Positions 52,239 through 64,000 of a stretch of DNA of 64,000 bases are shown one piece after another; within the stretch, counting starts at the first letter, position 1, and each line of letters begins with the position of its first letter. The translations under genes and the position numbers were made by a program. The notes beneath the pieces are model-generated. The model made no database searches and was not told where the DNA came from. It saw nothing but the letters and a program-made list of their open reading frames with translations. This DNA is from Lama glama (taxonomy: Eukaryota), in NCBI GenBank assembly GCA_028534125.1, contig CM052816.1:15812001-15876000 (forward strand), given 5' to 3'.

Positions 52239-53574
52239 CTAGACCTGGAGAGATAAAGGGGTGGATCAGACAGGGGTCCAAAGCCCAGCAGGACCAGCAC
52301 CAGGCAGCCTGCATGAGGACAAGAGGATGGCTTAGATAATCTTCTCAGGACCTCCCTGCTGGCATCTGGGTTCAGGTTGTGGCCTCCTCACTGCTGTGCT
52401 CAGGCCAGCCCCACTCACCTCTCCCCTGACCCTCTGCCTTCCCTGTTACCTCTTCTGTATCCCTGTTGTGTATCTCCAGAATTCATCAAAATCTCCTGAG
52501 GAAGATCCAGGTCGGGAGGGACTAGGGAAGGGTCCAGGACTCCTCCAAGACCCCTTCCTCTCCTGCTGGTGAGTGAAGGGGACAAAATCGCAGGCTGACA
52601 AGTAGCCAGCCACCTTGCCTCTTTCCATGTTCTCTTGCTCTGGCTCCAGGAGCCAGACAAGTGGTGAATGCAGAGAACTGGACTGGGGGCTACCTTTAGA
52701 GGGAGATTTAAGACAGGAGGCAAGGAAGTCAACAGAAGTGCAGCTTTATCAAAACAGAAGCCACCCCAGAGAAACCAAAGTGAGGCCCTTAGGCAGCCAA
52801 CCAGAGGTCCAGAGTGAGGCACTGTCCAGGGTGCTGGGAGGGTGCGGCACCACCAGGGAGACTTGCGGAGAGCGGGGCTGCCTCCACTGCTCAACACCCA
52901 AAGCCCTGGCTGTGCGAAGAGGAAGGAGGAGGGGGCCTGCGGTTCCCCTCAACACCTGGTCCCGGAGCTCACCAAGCCTTGGGGAGGGACTCGTGAGGAG
53001 GCTGCCATGAGGTTCTCACAGGAGAGCACTGGAAGGGGAGACAACCATGTTCTGCCCAACTCACCATGTAACCCATGAAGATCCAGGTTGGGACTCCTCA
53101 CTGCCCCACCCAGGCCAGCCCCACTCCCCTCTGCCCTGCTCAGGGTCTGTTTCTTCTCTGCAAAATGAGGAGACCCATTTAACCTGCCATCTCCACCCCT
53201 CCCCTTTTTAAAACAGATCAGAACCAGCTCAGTTCCCCAGAGGCTTCCTGCCCAATCTCAGGTGGGAGGGGAGATGTGATGGGCTGTGTCCTGGCTCCCC
53301 ACTCAGCCCTCTCTACTCCTGACCCCACCCAGTCTAGGCCATTTTCACCCCACCTCACTCCCAGCGCCCTCTGTCACCAAGGACACAGACCAGTCCCTCC
53401 AAAGAACTTTTCCTCCCTTCCTTGGGCCTCAGCTCCCCCCAGCAGCCCTGCTCTCCTCTGGAGGAGTGCAGGGGTTCAGGAGAGGCTGGGGAGGAGAGGG
53501 ACTGGTCAGCCTCCCAGGCTGCAGCAGAACAAGCTGCAGGCATAGCAACGGGGATTCAGGTGAGGCCCACACTT

Positions 53575-53725
53575 CCGTACTCGCCTGGTCTTAGGTGTCA
53601 CCTGAGGGACTTGTTAAAATATAGATTATGGGCCCTCCCTCATACCTCCTGAACCAGAGTCTACGGGAAATGGGTATAGTAATCTGTAATTCTTATCATC
53701 AGACTAGTTTGGGAAAAACTGGGTT
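53575..53725. mobile_element. MER5-type hAT DNA transposon fragment
   Basis: TCACCTGAGGGACTTGTTAAAATATAGATT...AGTTTGGGAAAAACTG. Confidence 0.6.
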
Positions 53726-55689
53726 AGACTCTGAGAAAAACTTCCCAGTTAGAGATGAGCTTGGAGAGAAAGGTGAGTCTACTTCTCTGAGGGCTTCAGG
53801 CACTTGGAGGGAGCTCTGTCACCACACCACCACTTAAGATTCATTTCCCCCTTGGTTTTCAAACATGGAGTGGAAGACAGCAAGCGGGACCCACAGGGAT
53901 CTGGGGCCCCACCCACCCACCCTGAGCGCCACCTCCCAGAGTTCTGAAGACTGCATGAGCATAAGATTTAACTCTAAAAAAAAAGAAAAGAAAAGAAAAA
54001 AGAAAGAGAAAAAAGAAAAAGCAAAACAAAAACTTCTACAGATTTGAAAAAAAAAAATCTGAAGGGCCAGGCCCTAGAATATCTGGGCCCGGATCCTAGG
54101 ACACCGGGAACCCCTAGGGGCTCGGCACGGAGTGAGGGATTCTTTCCGGTCTGCCCTAAATCCCTGCTGCTGCAGTTGCTATTTCAATCTGTTCTCTCGG
54201 GTTGTGTACTCAGAGGAGGGAGAACAGGAGGTCATCTCCTCAGCTGAGACTCCTTGGGGGTGCGGGGAGCACTCAGAAAGGAAGGAGGAGGAGAGTGGGC
54301 CTTCTGGCCTGCTGCCCGAGTTCTAGTCCTGTTTTGCTTTCTAGCCCACGGGCCTAGGTGAGCTTTGGATCCGGGGCACAGGGCTTCAGCCCAATTCCAC
54401 CAGGATGCCTCAAGCGCCCACACCCACGCACGGAGGCTGAGCCCTTTAGCCAGGACTCTGCCTGGGCTCCCAGTGAAGCCTGAGATTTGAGAATATAAGA
54501 GGCTTCACCTCATTCTCAGTCTACACCAGCCCCAAAGCCAGGGTTATGGACAAATTAAGGACCCCTTGGGAGGCCTCCTACATCACCCCCCAGCTTCCAG
54601 CAGCTGCCTCAGGCTGGCTCCAGCCCTACCTGCCCTGCCATGTCCTTCTGCAGCTGGGAACAAGATGGAGGTTCTGCCAACACCGGGCACTGGGCTGTGT
54701 CCTCAGCTTCTCGGGGTGGGCAAACAAGGGGCAGCATTGAGCTCCACTTTGGGCAGTGGCCCGGAGTCCCCGCCTGGGGTGAGGGCCAGCTAAGCCCAGA
54801 ATAGCTGAGCCAGGACCCTTTTCTCTAGCTGAGCCCAAGGGAAGGGTGTATAAAGTGAAGGCTTCAGGACAGAGGTGTGAAACAGTGCCCCAGCTCCTCA
54901 CTCTGAATCACAATATGCCCTGAGACTCATCATTGTCCCTTCTGGCCTTTGTGAATCCCTCTGCAGAATGGGGACATCACCACCATCCCTCCCAGGGCTG
55001 GCAGGAGAACTTAGGGTCATGAATGCTGAGAGAGCTAAAATCCAAGGAAGAACAAACTCACCACAGAGGTCAAGGAGAAAGCAGCTATGGTCCACTTTTT
55101 CTAATACCACATCTGATATACGGGGAGGACTGAGGCACAGAACCAGGGAAGTCTTTGTCTGAGGTCATATAGTGAGTAGCTGACTCTAGAGTTAGGAGTA
55201 GCCTCCTTGTGCACCTCAACGGGCTGGAGGTACAGGACAAGCCCCCAGTTTCCTAGGCCCTCTGTCAGATCACCCACAAGATCAAGGTCTCATATCCTCA
55301 ACCAGAAGAGTCTACCCAAGCAGTGACTCTGCTCACTGCCAACCTGCCAGCAAGAGCAGGGGAGCAGGGTACAGCTGGGCCACAGAGCACCCATGCCAAG
55401 GAGATGACTGCAAGTGACAGGCTGGCAGTGGCTGGATCCCCTGCATCCTCTCTCAGCCTGAACCAGGCCCCGCTCCAGGCAAGGGCTCCTGTGACTGCCC
55501 TTGGGATGACCTCTTTTTCAGCACCAACCAAGATGGGGCCCATGATGGTAATGGAACCCTGGCTGGGCCAGGGCTGAATACCAAGCTGGCCACTTTCTGG
55601 GTCTCAGCTGCTCCTGCAACAACCCTATCCCCCTCCCTACTCTCCCCATGGCAGCTGGAGTGAGTTATGAGAACACAAATTACTTCACA

Positions 55690-56330
55690 CCTCTTCCTCA
55701 CTAGTAACCCTCCATCAGCTCCCATAACTCTTCAATTAGAATCTGGCCTTCTCAGCATGGCCTAAAAAGATTCTGCCTGAGCTGGTTCACTGCCCTCGCT
55801 CCATCCCCCATTCCAGCAGCCACACTGGCCTTCTTTCTGCTCCCTGAGCTCATTCCCACCTCAGGGCCTTTGCACCAGCTGTACTCTTGGCCTAGAATGC
55901 TCTTTCCCTAGCTCTTTAAATGACTGCCTCTTCTGTCACTCAGGGCTCAACTCCAATGCTGCCTCCTCAGAGAGGCCCTCTCTGACTACCCAGAACTCTT
56001 TCATACTCTTTCACAGAGCATCATGTCTGCTCAGCATCATTTAGCAGACCTGAAACTCCTTTTTCTATTTATTTCTTTATTTTCTGCCCAACTCCCTCAT
56101 TAGGATGTAAGTTCAGTGAGGGTGGGGACTCTGTCACATTCACTGCTATCTCCCCCAGAGCCTAGCACAGTGTCTGGCAAACAGTGCATACTTTTTACAT
56201 ATTTGGTGAATGATAACTTGGAGATTATCATCATCCCCATTGTAGGCAGAGGCTAAGAGAGGTTGAGGACCATGCTCATGGTCACAAAGTTGTAAAGTGA
56301 CAAAACTGGTTTCTGCTTGGAATGACACTA
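55690..56330. mobile_element. L2 3' end followed by a MIR
   Basis: CCACCTCAGGGCCTTTGCAC...CCTCCTCAGAGAGGCC...CCTAGCACAGTGTCTGGCA, then MIR core. Confidence 0.75.
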
Positions 56331-59300
56331 GACTGTCATAGGAATAACCTCATAAAGTGGCTTCTTTGCTGGGATCCAAACCAGGGACTGTGGGAATCTC
56401 AAGGAAAGGGCTGGAGGGCCCAACAAGTTCTGTAAGACAGCACAGATGCATGGGCGCAGGTGCCCAGGGTGGTGAAGTGGAGATGGGGAGCCTACAGGCC
56501 TAGGGGCAAGGTTTAGGGCGGCTAGACCTATATCACTGGGCACCTGGGGTTGAAACCATTCTGCTTTGGGAGAAACTAGGGGCAGGAAAGGGACAACCTG
56601 GTGCTTCAGGCTAGGGTGGGGGGTGGGGAAGACTGGCACCCACACTGACCACAGCCTCACCCAGTGGCATCAGGCTGCTTGTGGGTTTAGGAAGAAATGG
56701 GGGAGTACAGGCCCACTTGGTGGAAATGGGGGCGCAGAGGCAGAGCTGGGGTAGGGGGCCCGTGGCACGGAGCACTACCCAGGACAGGCAAAATCTAAGA
56801 GACCTCTCTGAGCATCTGACAGAGCTCTGGATCTTGCCCCAGACAGACTTGCACAACATTTTGAGTATTTTTTGAAAGGTTCATGGACCCCTAAAGCACA
56901 TTCACAGGACCTGGGCATTAACCCTAGCCTGGACAATCCCCAAAGACCTTCCACCTCTGGCACTGTATACACAAAGAGTTTCATGAAGGTTACTTGCAAA
57001 AAAAAAACCAAAAAAAAAAAACTAAGAAGCTGGAAACTGTCATTCTCAGACCTATTTTCTGCCCTCTGGGAACCTACCCTGAACACCCCTTTTAGTCTCA
57101 CTGTTCTTCTCCAAAATTTCTACCACCCTATTTAACTCCCTTGCTCACCCAGGTAGAACATGGGCTGGGATCTTCATACACACAAACTCATAAGTGCATA
57201 CACACATGGACAGTTAAATGAGACCATCAGTGGAAAGGGCTGGTGTGTTGTAAGCACTCAGAACAGACCTTGGCCAGCTGTGCCCCACACCATTCACAGG
57301 GCCCAGGCCTGTGCACTCCAGGCCTGCACAGGAACCCGCTGAGCCACTGACAGCATGAGCAATAGGGAGTTGATAGGGAGATCTCTCCACAGGGTCCCTG
57401 GAACCTCTACCAGCCAAGGAGTCTGGAATCAGGACCTTCCTGTCATCCCAGAGCTCTGAGCACACTCTAGGCACAGATCAGTCTGGGCATGCGCCTCCTC
57501 AGTGTCCCATCTGCCCAGGGCAGGGAGGTACCCAGGGTAATATGGAGGGGATGTCTACCCAGGAGCTTTGGGAACTTCCCTGCCACCATTTCCCAAAGTG
57601 ACCCTAATCCCTCTACCCACTTGATCTTTCCAGCTTGGACCACCTTGTGCAGCAGCAGCAAGTGCCTCAGATGGGACAGTCCAGGACAGCAGGTCAGCGC
57701 CCTTACCGTGTAGTCAGAAAGACCTGGCTTCAGACCCCACAAGCTGTGTGACCTCAGACCCACCTCTCTGAGCCTCAACAAAATGGAGAGTGCTAACTAA
57801 CCCTGCAGGGAGGACAAAGGAGATGGCCTGGGTGTGATGTTCAGCTCAGAGTTGGGCTCAAGTGCTCAGAGAAGGGTGGCAGCTACTGTTTTCCCAGAAC
57901 CATCTCTCAGGTCTGCAGGGGAGTAGGCTAGCTGCCCACACTAGGGACGAAACGCACAGGGAGCAGCACAGGACACGCAGTGGGCCCCAGCAGACATTTG
58001 TCCTGGGCAGCCTGTCAGAGCACGTTCTGAAGCAGCAGCTCCAGAGGCCCAGCCTGACGGGAGAGACAGGAGAAAGGCCCCTGTGGGGACCAGGAGGGTG
58101 GGCCAGAGAGGGTGTCCACCCTTACCTGAGGCAGGTGACACCATATAGTACTGGCCCCACTAATACTTTCGCCCCAGGCCAGGCTCCCTCCTAGCTTTCC
58201 ATTGCAAGGTACAAGAGCCAGGTGCAGAGCAGGAGCCAGGGGTCTGGGCCTCCTTTAATGAGCACCCATCTCTCAGATGATGTCAGTCTGGGATTAATCA
58301 GGAGCCAGCCCAGAACCACTCCACTTTTTTCCTCTCAGCTTGGCTCTGGGGAAACAGCTTTGCCTTGGGTTGTGGGGTATGGGAGGCCTCCTTTCTCATG
58401 GTCAGGCAGGCAGGGGTTCCTGGGGCTGAGTACACATTTGCATCTTATCTGAATGTGCCCCACTGCCTGCTAGGACTTTCAGGGGGTGGCAGGGCTAGGC
58501 CCAGCTCTGTAAAGGTCATTCTTTGACATCTCCTAGCTTACTTCACTCCCCACCCTCCAGCCACTTGGCACCTTCATTTGCTTAGTATTTGCATACATCT
58601 GCATGCTGGTTTGGAGAGCTCTCAACACTGATGAAATTCACAATGTCTGCTGTCAAACCCCAAATCACCTTTATAGCTGGCAACTCTACCCCCAGCCAAC
58701 TTCCCAGCAGGGTAAGCCCTCAGTTAATCTGGGACCACAAAGGACTAGGCTGTTCTGGTTAAGTGGCTGCTGCCTGGCTTCCTGGAACTTTAGCTGGTAC
58801 CTGGGCCTCACTCTGCTTTAGCCACATTTGACCCATGAGCCTACAGATTGAGTTGAACCCCAACAGTTACAATGGACTGACCAAGGATAAGTCCTCCCAA
58901 CCAGTCCTGCCTCAGCTAAAAAGCCTGCATGGAAGCAAAAGAGAGGGGCTAGAACTCTGAGCAGCCTCCGCCTAGTCTGGTTTAACAGCCAGGAGAGATG
59001 AATCAAGAAGTTTCACCCTCCCTTCTCCCTGACCACTTTTCACTTATCCCACACTCTTTAGATCCTCACATTCTCTGTCCATGCCCCCTCTTCCTCTCTG
59101 TCTCCTGCCCTGTGACCTTCCTCCCCACCTTCTACCCAACCTCTTGATTTGTAGCTCCACTTAACCCCTCCCTTGCTGAGTCCCCCTTCCCCTCCCTCCC
59201 TCTTCTTCCCCTGTCCTCTCCTGTCTCTCCTTTAGGACTTCAGCACAGGGTCTGACAAAGGTTGTGGTCTCCTTGGGGCTGACTGGTGTGAATGGGTCTG

Positions 59301-59399
59301 TCCCAGGCCATTCCACTATCACCTCCCTGTCCTCATCTTTGAAACTGGCCCTCCTGTTCAGCCACAGCCCACTGATGGGGGCCCTAGGGGCTGATGAAA

Positions 59400-61600
59400 G
59401 CCTCACCCCTTGATGAACAGTACATGGGACAGGAGAGAGAGGAGTCAGGAATGACACCAGCTTTTGGACCCTGAGGACCCAGAAAGATGGGGAAGACTGG
59501 GTGGAGCACACTTGAGAAGGAAGATCAGGAAGAAAGGAGCTCAGCTTTGGACAAGTTGAGTTTGAGGTGTCCAGTAGACATGGTAGTTGAGATGCTGAGT
59601 GGGCTATGGGAGCTCAGGAGAGAAGTCAAGATTTGGGACATAAATTTGGGAGCTGGCAGCATGTTGGTGGTGCTTAAAGCCACAGGACTGGGTGAGATCA
59701 GCACAGGACTGAATGCAGGTGAGGAAGAGCAGCCACACAAAGGCTGAGGCCCAGGCACTCCAATATCATGGGGTGGAGGGAGGGAGAAGGAGAATGAGAA
59801 GGTGCACCCACAAGGTCACATAAAAACAGGAGAATGGATGTCCTATAGGTCAAGGAATGTGTTTGAAGGAAGAGGGAGAGATTGAATGTGTCAAATGCTG
59901 CAGATGAGGACTGAGAACTGGCCATTGGGTGTCGCAACATGGAGATCACTAGTGACCTTGAGAAGAGCAATCAGTGGGGTGGAAGCGGGTACCAGTCCAA
60001 CTGGAGCGGAATCAAGTGGGAGGAGAGGACATGGGACAATGAGTCTAGACAACACCTCTGGGGAGTTTTGCTATAAAGGGGAGCACAGAGACACATGGTA
60101 GCTGGCTGGAGAAAATGAGAGGCATCTTTTAAGGTAGGAGAAACAAATAGCAAGATAGCTGCTGATGGAATGATCCAGTGGAGGCGGAACCTACAGTGCA
60201 GGCGGGGGCATGTGCTGGAGCAGTGTGCCCCCCCTGCATTATAGGTTCCCCCTCTACTGCACACGGATCTATTGAACAAGTAGAAGGGTGGCCTAAACCA
60301 GGAGCAGGGACACTTCACCCACAGTGACAGGGGACGGCAGAACAGTGGGTACAGATGCTAGTGGATGGGTGAACGTAGCACTGGGAGTCTGAGGAAGCTC
60401 TGAGTCTTCTAGTTTCTCAAAGTAGGAAGCAATGTCATCAGCTGTGAGAGGATTGCAGAAGGTGGGGGGTGGGGCTAAAGTTGAAGGGAGAAAAGAAAGG
60501 ACGAAATAGTCATCAAGTAGAGGAGACGGGATGGACTTGGGACCCATGTGGGACTGCAGGACAGCAATAAGGACCCTCCTGAAATTCACAGTTTCAAACT
60601 TAAAGTGAGACCAGTCAGGGTAGTGGTTTTTCTCAGCCCCACTCAGTTGCCCAGGTAGAGGAGACCAGGCATTGGATTAACCAGGGTTGGGGTTTTGCCG
60701 AGCCAGTATCAAGAAGCAAAATGAGGTAAGGGAGGTGGGGGATCTGCAAGCGAGAGATTATCCTGACTTTTCTAGTGGCAGCTGCCTCTGGGCCGGCCCC
60801 TGCCCCTGTTCAAAGTCCCTCCCCTGCTGGTGCCAAAAGCCCACCATCTGCTCCCGGCTGTGGGTTGTGTGTGGCCCTCCCTCTGCTCTCATCCCAAAAT
60901 GAGCTTCTGAGAGGGTGGCCACAGTTGTTCACCAAGACCTGGGGAAATGAGCTTCCCACACACTGTTCTTTGATCTAGAAAGTATCTTAGACCTCACATA
61001 CTCAAAACTGCATTCTCCACCATCCTCCCCAAGCCATTGCATGACAGCTTTCCCCACTACTGGCTCGACACCAGTGCCTGTCATTCTGCCCTCTAAGTCT
61101 CTCCTTACTGCATCCCTTCTCTCTGCTCCCCACCTTCCATACTCCAGTCCCAGCAGGGTCACCACACCGCCAACTCCACCCCCATCCCGTGCATTCCCTG
61201 CGCACCATTCGCAGCAGCCTGGAATCCGGTGCACCAGCATCTTGTGCTGGACCACGTCATGGACCCCTGACAGGTCTCTTTTTCACCACGGTGGCCCTGC
61301 CAGTCCACACCATCCTCCTCAGAGCACCTTTTCCAACATTCACATCTCCTCATCACTTCCCTCTTTAAAACCCTTCATTAGCTCCCGGTGCCCTTGGGGA
61401 AATGGCCAGCTGTCAGCCCACATTCTAGGCCAACTGTGGTCCGGGCCCCACCCCCTTTCTTCCTGTCTGGCCCCCCACTCCCTCCACTCTCCCTGCACCT
61501 TGTGCCCCTCACTGCTGTCTCAGGGCCTCTTCCTACTCTGACAGCACCTGCCCTGAGTTGGGGCTCACCCCCACCCCCACCCCTTGGGCTGTGAACTCCT
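59400..61600. mobile_element. L2 LINE fragments in both orientations
   Basis: TTTGGACAAGTTGAGTTTGAGGTG...TGTCAAATGCTGC...AGTGACCTTG; a pyrimidine-rich L2 segment follows from about 60960. Confidence 0.75.
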
Positions 61601-61719
61601 TGAAGTCCCATCAGTGTTCTGCTTAATCACCCTTCTCCAGCGCATGGTCTGAAGTTTTGCTGACCTGCTGTGTGGATGAAGCTTCTGAAGGTAAGGAAGA
61701 GGGAGAGATGGGATTGAAA

Positions 61720-62390
61720 CAAAGGGACTCCTTAGCCAAGTGACCTAACTTAGCACCACCTATTATAGGACAAGCTAATGATATGTGCCTCCTGATGGGA
61801 GGCAATGAGAAGGATGTGACATCACCTATGGGACAGTCTCACCCAAAAATGTTTAACCTGAATCAACTCATGTGGAAGCAATAAGACAAATTCACAATGT
61901 GGGCCATTCAACATGAATAACTGACCAGGGCTCTTTAAAACTGACAATGTCATAAAAGACATCAAAGCAAAAAAAAAGCAGGGAATTCTTCCAGATTAAA
62001 GGCGACTAAAGAGACGTAACTGCAATGTGTGATCTTTGATCAAAAAAAGTTTTTTAAGCTATAAAGGACATTACAGGGACAACTAGAGAGATCTGAATAT
62101 GGATTACATATGAGATTAGATTGTATCATTAAACTTCTTGGGTATCATTAGCAGTATAGTCATCATGTAGAAAAACGTCCTTTTCTCAGGAAATCCATGC
62201 TCAAGTATTTAGAGCTGAAATGCTATTAAATCTGCAACTTTCAAAAGTTTCAGAGAGAGAGAGAGAGAAACAAATGTGGGCAAAATGTCAACAACTGGCA
62301 AATCTAGGTCTCTAGGTGAAGGGTATATAGGTGGGTGTTTGTTATACAATCAGGTGATCAGATTTGACAAAACAAAAGTTAAAGAGGGGA
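61720..62390 (+). mobile_element. L1MC-like 3' end
   Basis: GATATGTGCCTCCTGATG...TTTAACCTGAATC...CTAGGTGAAGGGTATATAGGTG. Confidence 0.7.
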
Positions 62391-62864
62391 AGGAAAGGAG
62401 TGGAGGGAGACACTAAAGAGGGGAGCTCAGGGCCCGGCTTGACAGAGCAGGAGTCAGAGGAGAGGGCTGTGCCACCTCTGCCTGAGCCGTGGCAAGGAGC
62501 TGGGTCTGGCCCAGCCCACCAAAACACTCCTTGGGGGGTGACAGCCTGAGTGTATCCTCCCGTGTGAGGAGCCAGGCTAAATATGGAGCCCCAGACATAA
62601 GATGCCGCTCAAAACAGATTTTCCTGGAAAAGACCATCTGGCAAAGAATGTCTAGAGCATCGTCTGTTATGAGAGGTTGTGTCGTTCTCCTGCAGCTGAC
62701 GTCCGGAATGGGAATGCCTCAATCCCAGCTCCCTTAGAAGACCCCCACTTAGTGCCCCAATTTCCCCAAGTTCATCCCCTTGCTCCAGATGAAAAAGTGC
62801 TCAGTCCCACCTTCATCCTAACTTGCACTTGCAAGAAAAAGAGAATGAGACTGGGGACATAGGT

Positions 62865-63050
62865 CCAAGCTTCAGACAGTTCTGCCCAGATGCATATCCT
62901 GAGTCTGCTACTTACTAACTAGGTGACTCTGAACAAGCAACTTTTCCCTGAGCCTCAGAATCCTCCTCCACAAAATGGAAATAATGGGTGTACCTCCTTC
63001 TAAAGGCTTTTGCGTGTATGAGTACTTAGCACAGTGGCAGTGCATGACAC
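62865..63050. mobile_element. MIR SINE
   Basis: CTGCTACTTACTAACT...CTGAGCCTCAG...AAAATGGAAATAAT. Confidence 0.7.
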
Positions 63051-64000
63051 ATGGAAGCTGGGCAAGGTAATGGCCCCCCACTCCTCTCTCAGTCCTGCCA
63101 AGAATAGCAAGTCCTTCTTTCCAGCTAACTTGGCTTCCCCTCTTCAGGAAACACTGAGGGTCAGGTTGGCCAGGAGAGCACACACCCCATAGCTGTCAGA
63201 CCAGGACAAGCAGCATGAGGGAAACCTTGCGTCTGGCACACGGCACTCCTGGGACTACAAGGTACTAATCACCAAGCACTGAGGCTTCAGCCCCTGCAAA
63301 AGGCACCAACTAGGGAAAGCCTTCCAAGGACATTCCAGGCATCCTTTTATGTTTAGGTGGGCCACCACCCACATACTCATCCCAATATCAGGGAATCCTC
63401 TGGTTCAGGCCACAACCTGGGGTCCTGCCATGTTTCCACCAGGACCAAACTGCAATAGCCCCATTCAAAAGCCACTGCCTCTCACTATATGCTGGGGGAC
63501 AGAGGCTCTTAAGAGGGAAATCTCTCTTCCAGAGATGGGAGGTGGGTAAGAGAGGGCAGCCAGCCCATTTTACTGATTCAGAGATCACAGGTCATAGAAC
63601 TTGTTGCTTCTCTGGGAGGAAGGACTCCTAACCGCCCAAGGAAGCAGGTGGAAGAATGACTATATCTGCCCAGAGCCAGGGATTGGGCTTGGAGGTGGTC
63701 CCAATGCCCCTTACCCACTCTCTCTCAAGCTGCCTGAGTATCCCCCAGTAAGTAGCTCTTGTTTCCAGGGTCTGGAAGAAGGACCTGGAGCACCCAAAAA
63801 AATCAAAATGCCTCTTCTCAGACCCAGGCTACCCATCTGCCCTGGCCAAAACCCTGAACCCTCTCCCCGCTCCCCATTCACCCACCCATCAAGTTTAGTC
63901 TGGCTTATCCTGAGCCTGCCAGGAATCTTAGAACCACTTCCATTATGGCTGGTGCTTCTGCCCCCAGTTTTCTGCCAGGGCCCCACAAGATGGCCCTAAG

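Noticed and set aside
54765..54856. GC box plus TATAAAG as an antisense promoter in the PSD2 intron
   Set aside because: Short motifs expected by chance; no CpG island or downstream exon support
52245..64000. PSD2 promoter and non-coding first exon
   Set aside because: No CpG island or convincing first exon was seen; it probably lies beyond the window end

Overview
This is mammalian (eutherian) genomic DNA with no prokaryotic features, RNA genes or CRISPR arrays. It holds two convergent, spliced genes. On the + strand is the 3' half of NRG2 (neuregulin 2): the EGF-beta exon, a 24-nt juxtamembrane microexon, the transmembrane exon and four cytoplasmic-tail exons, with the stop at 17056 in a CpG-rich last exon. 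On the - strand is the complete 14-exon coding sequence of PSD2 (EFA6C, an ARF6 GEF with Sec7, PH and coiled-coil regions), 2328 nt or 775 aa, ATG at 52193 and stop at 22055; its non-coding first exon was not found. All exons were delimited by hand from GT-AG sites with consistent phases. The rest is intronic or intergenic DNA with MIR, L2, L1, hAT/MER5 and one ERV1-type solo LTR, simple repeats and a 100-N gap. No young SINE family is apparent, which suggests a camelid-like genome (inference). The best leads are: a splicing hub around the NRG2 juxtamembrane region with extra acceptors, a candidate exon and several routes to soluble isoforms; a 401-codon alternative-frame ORF over the NRG2 last exon with a strong Kozak ATG; a duplicated DR3/DR5 nuclear-receptor element plus a consensus CTCF site between the two genes; an RE1/NRSE match in PSD2; and two local templated insertions in PSD2 introns. 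I found no wholly new gene system. Repeat family names and boundaries come from recognition by eye and are approximate.
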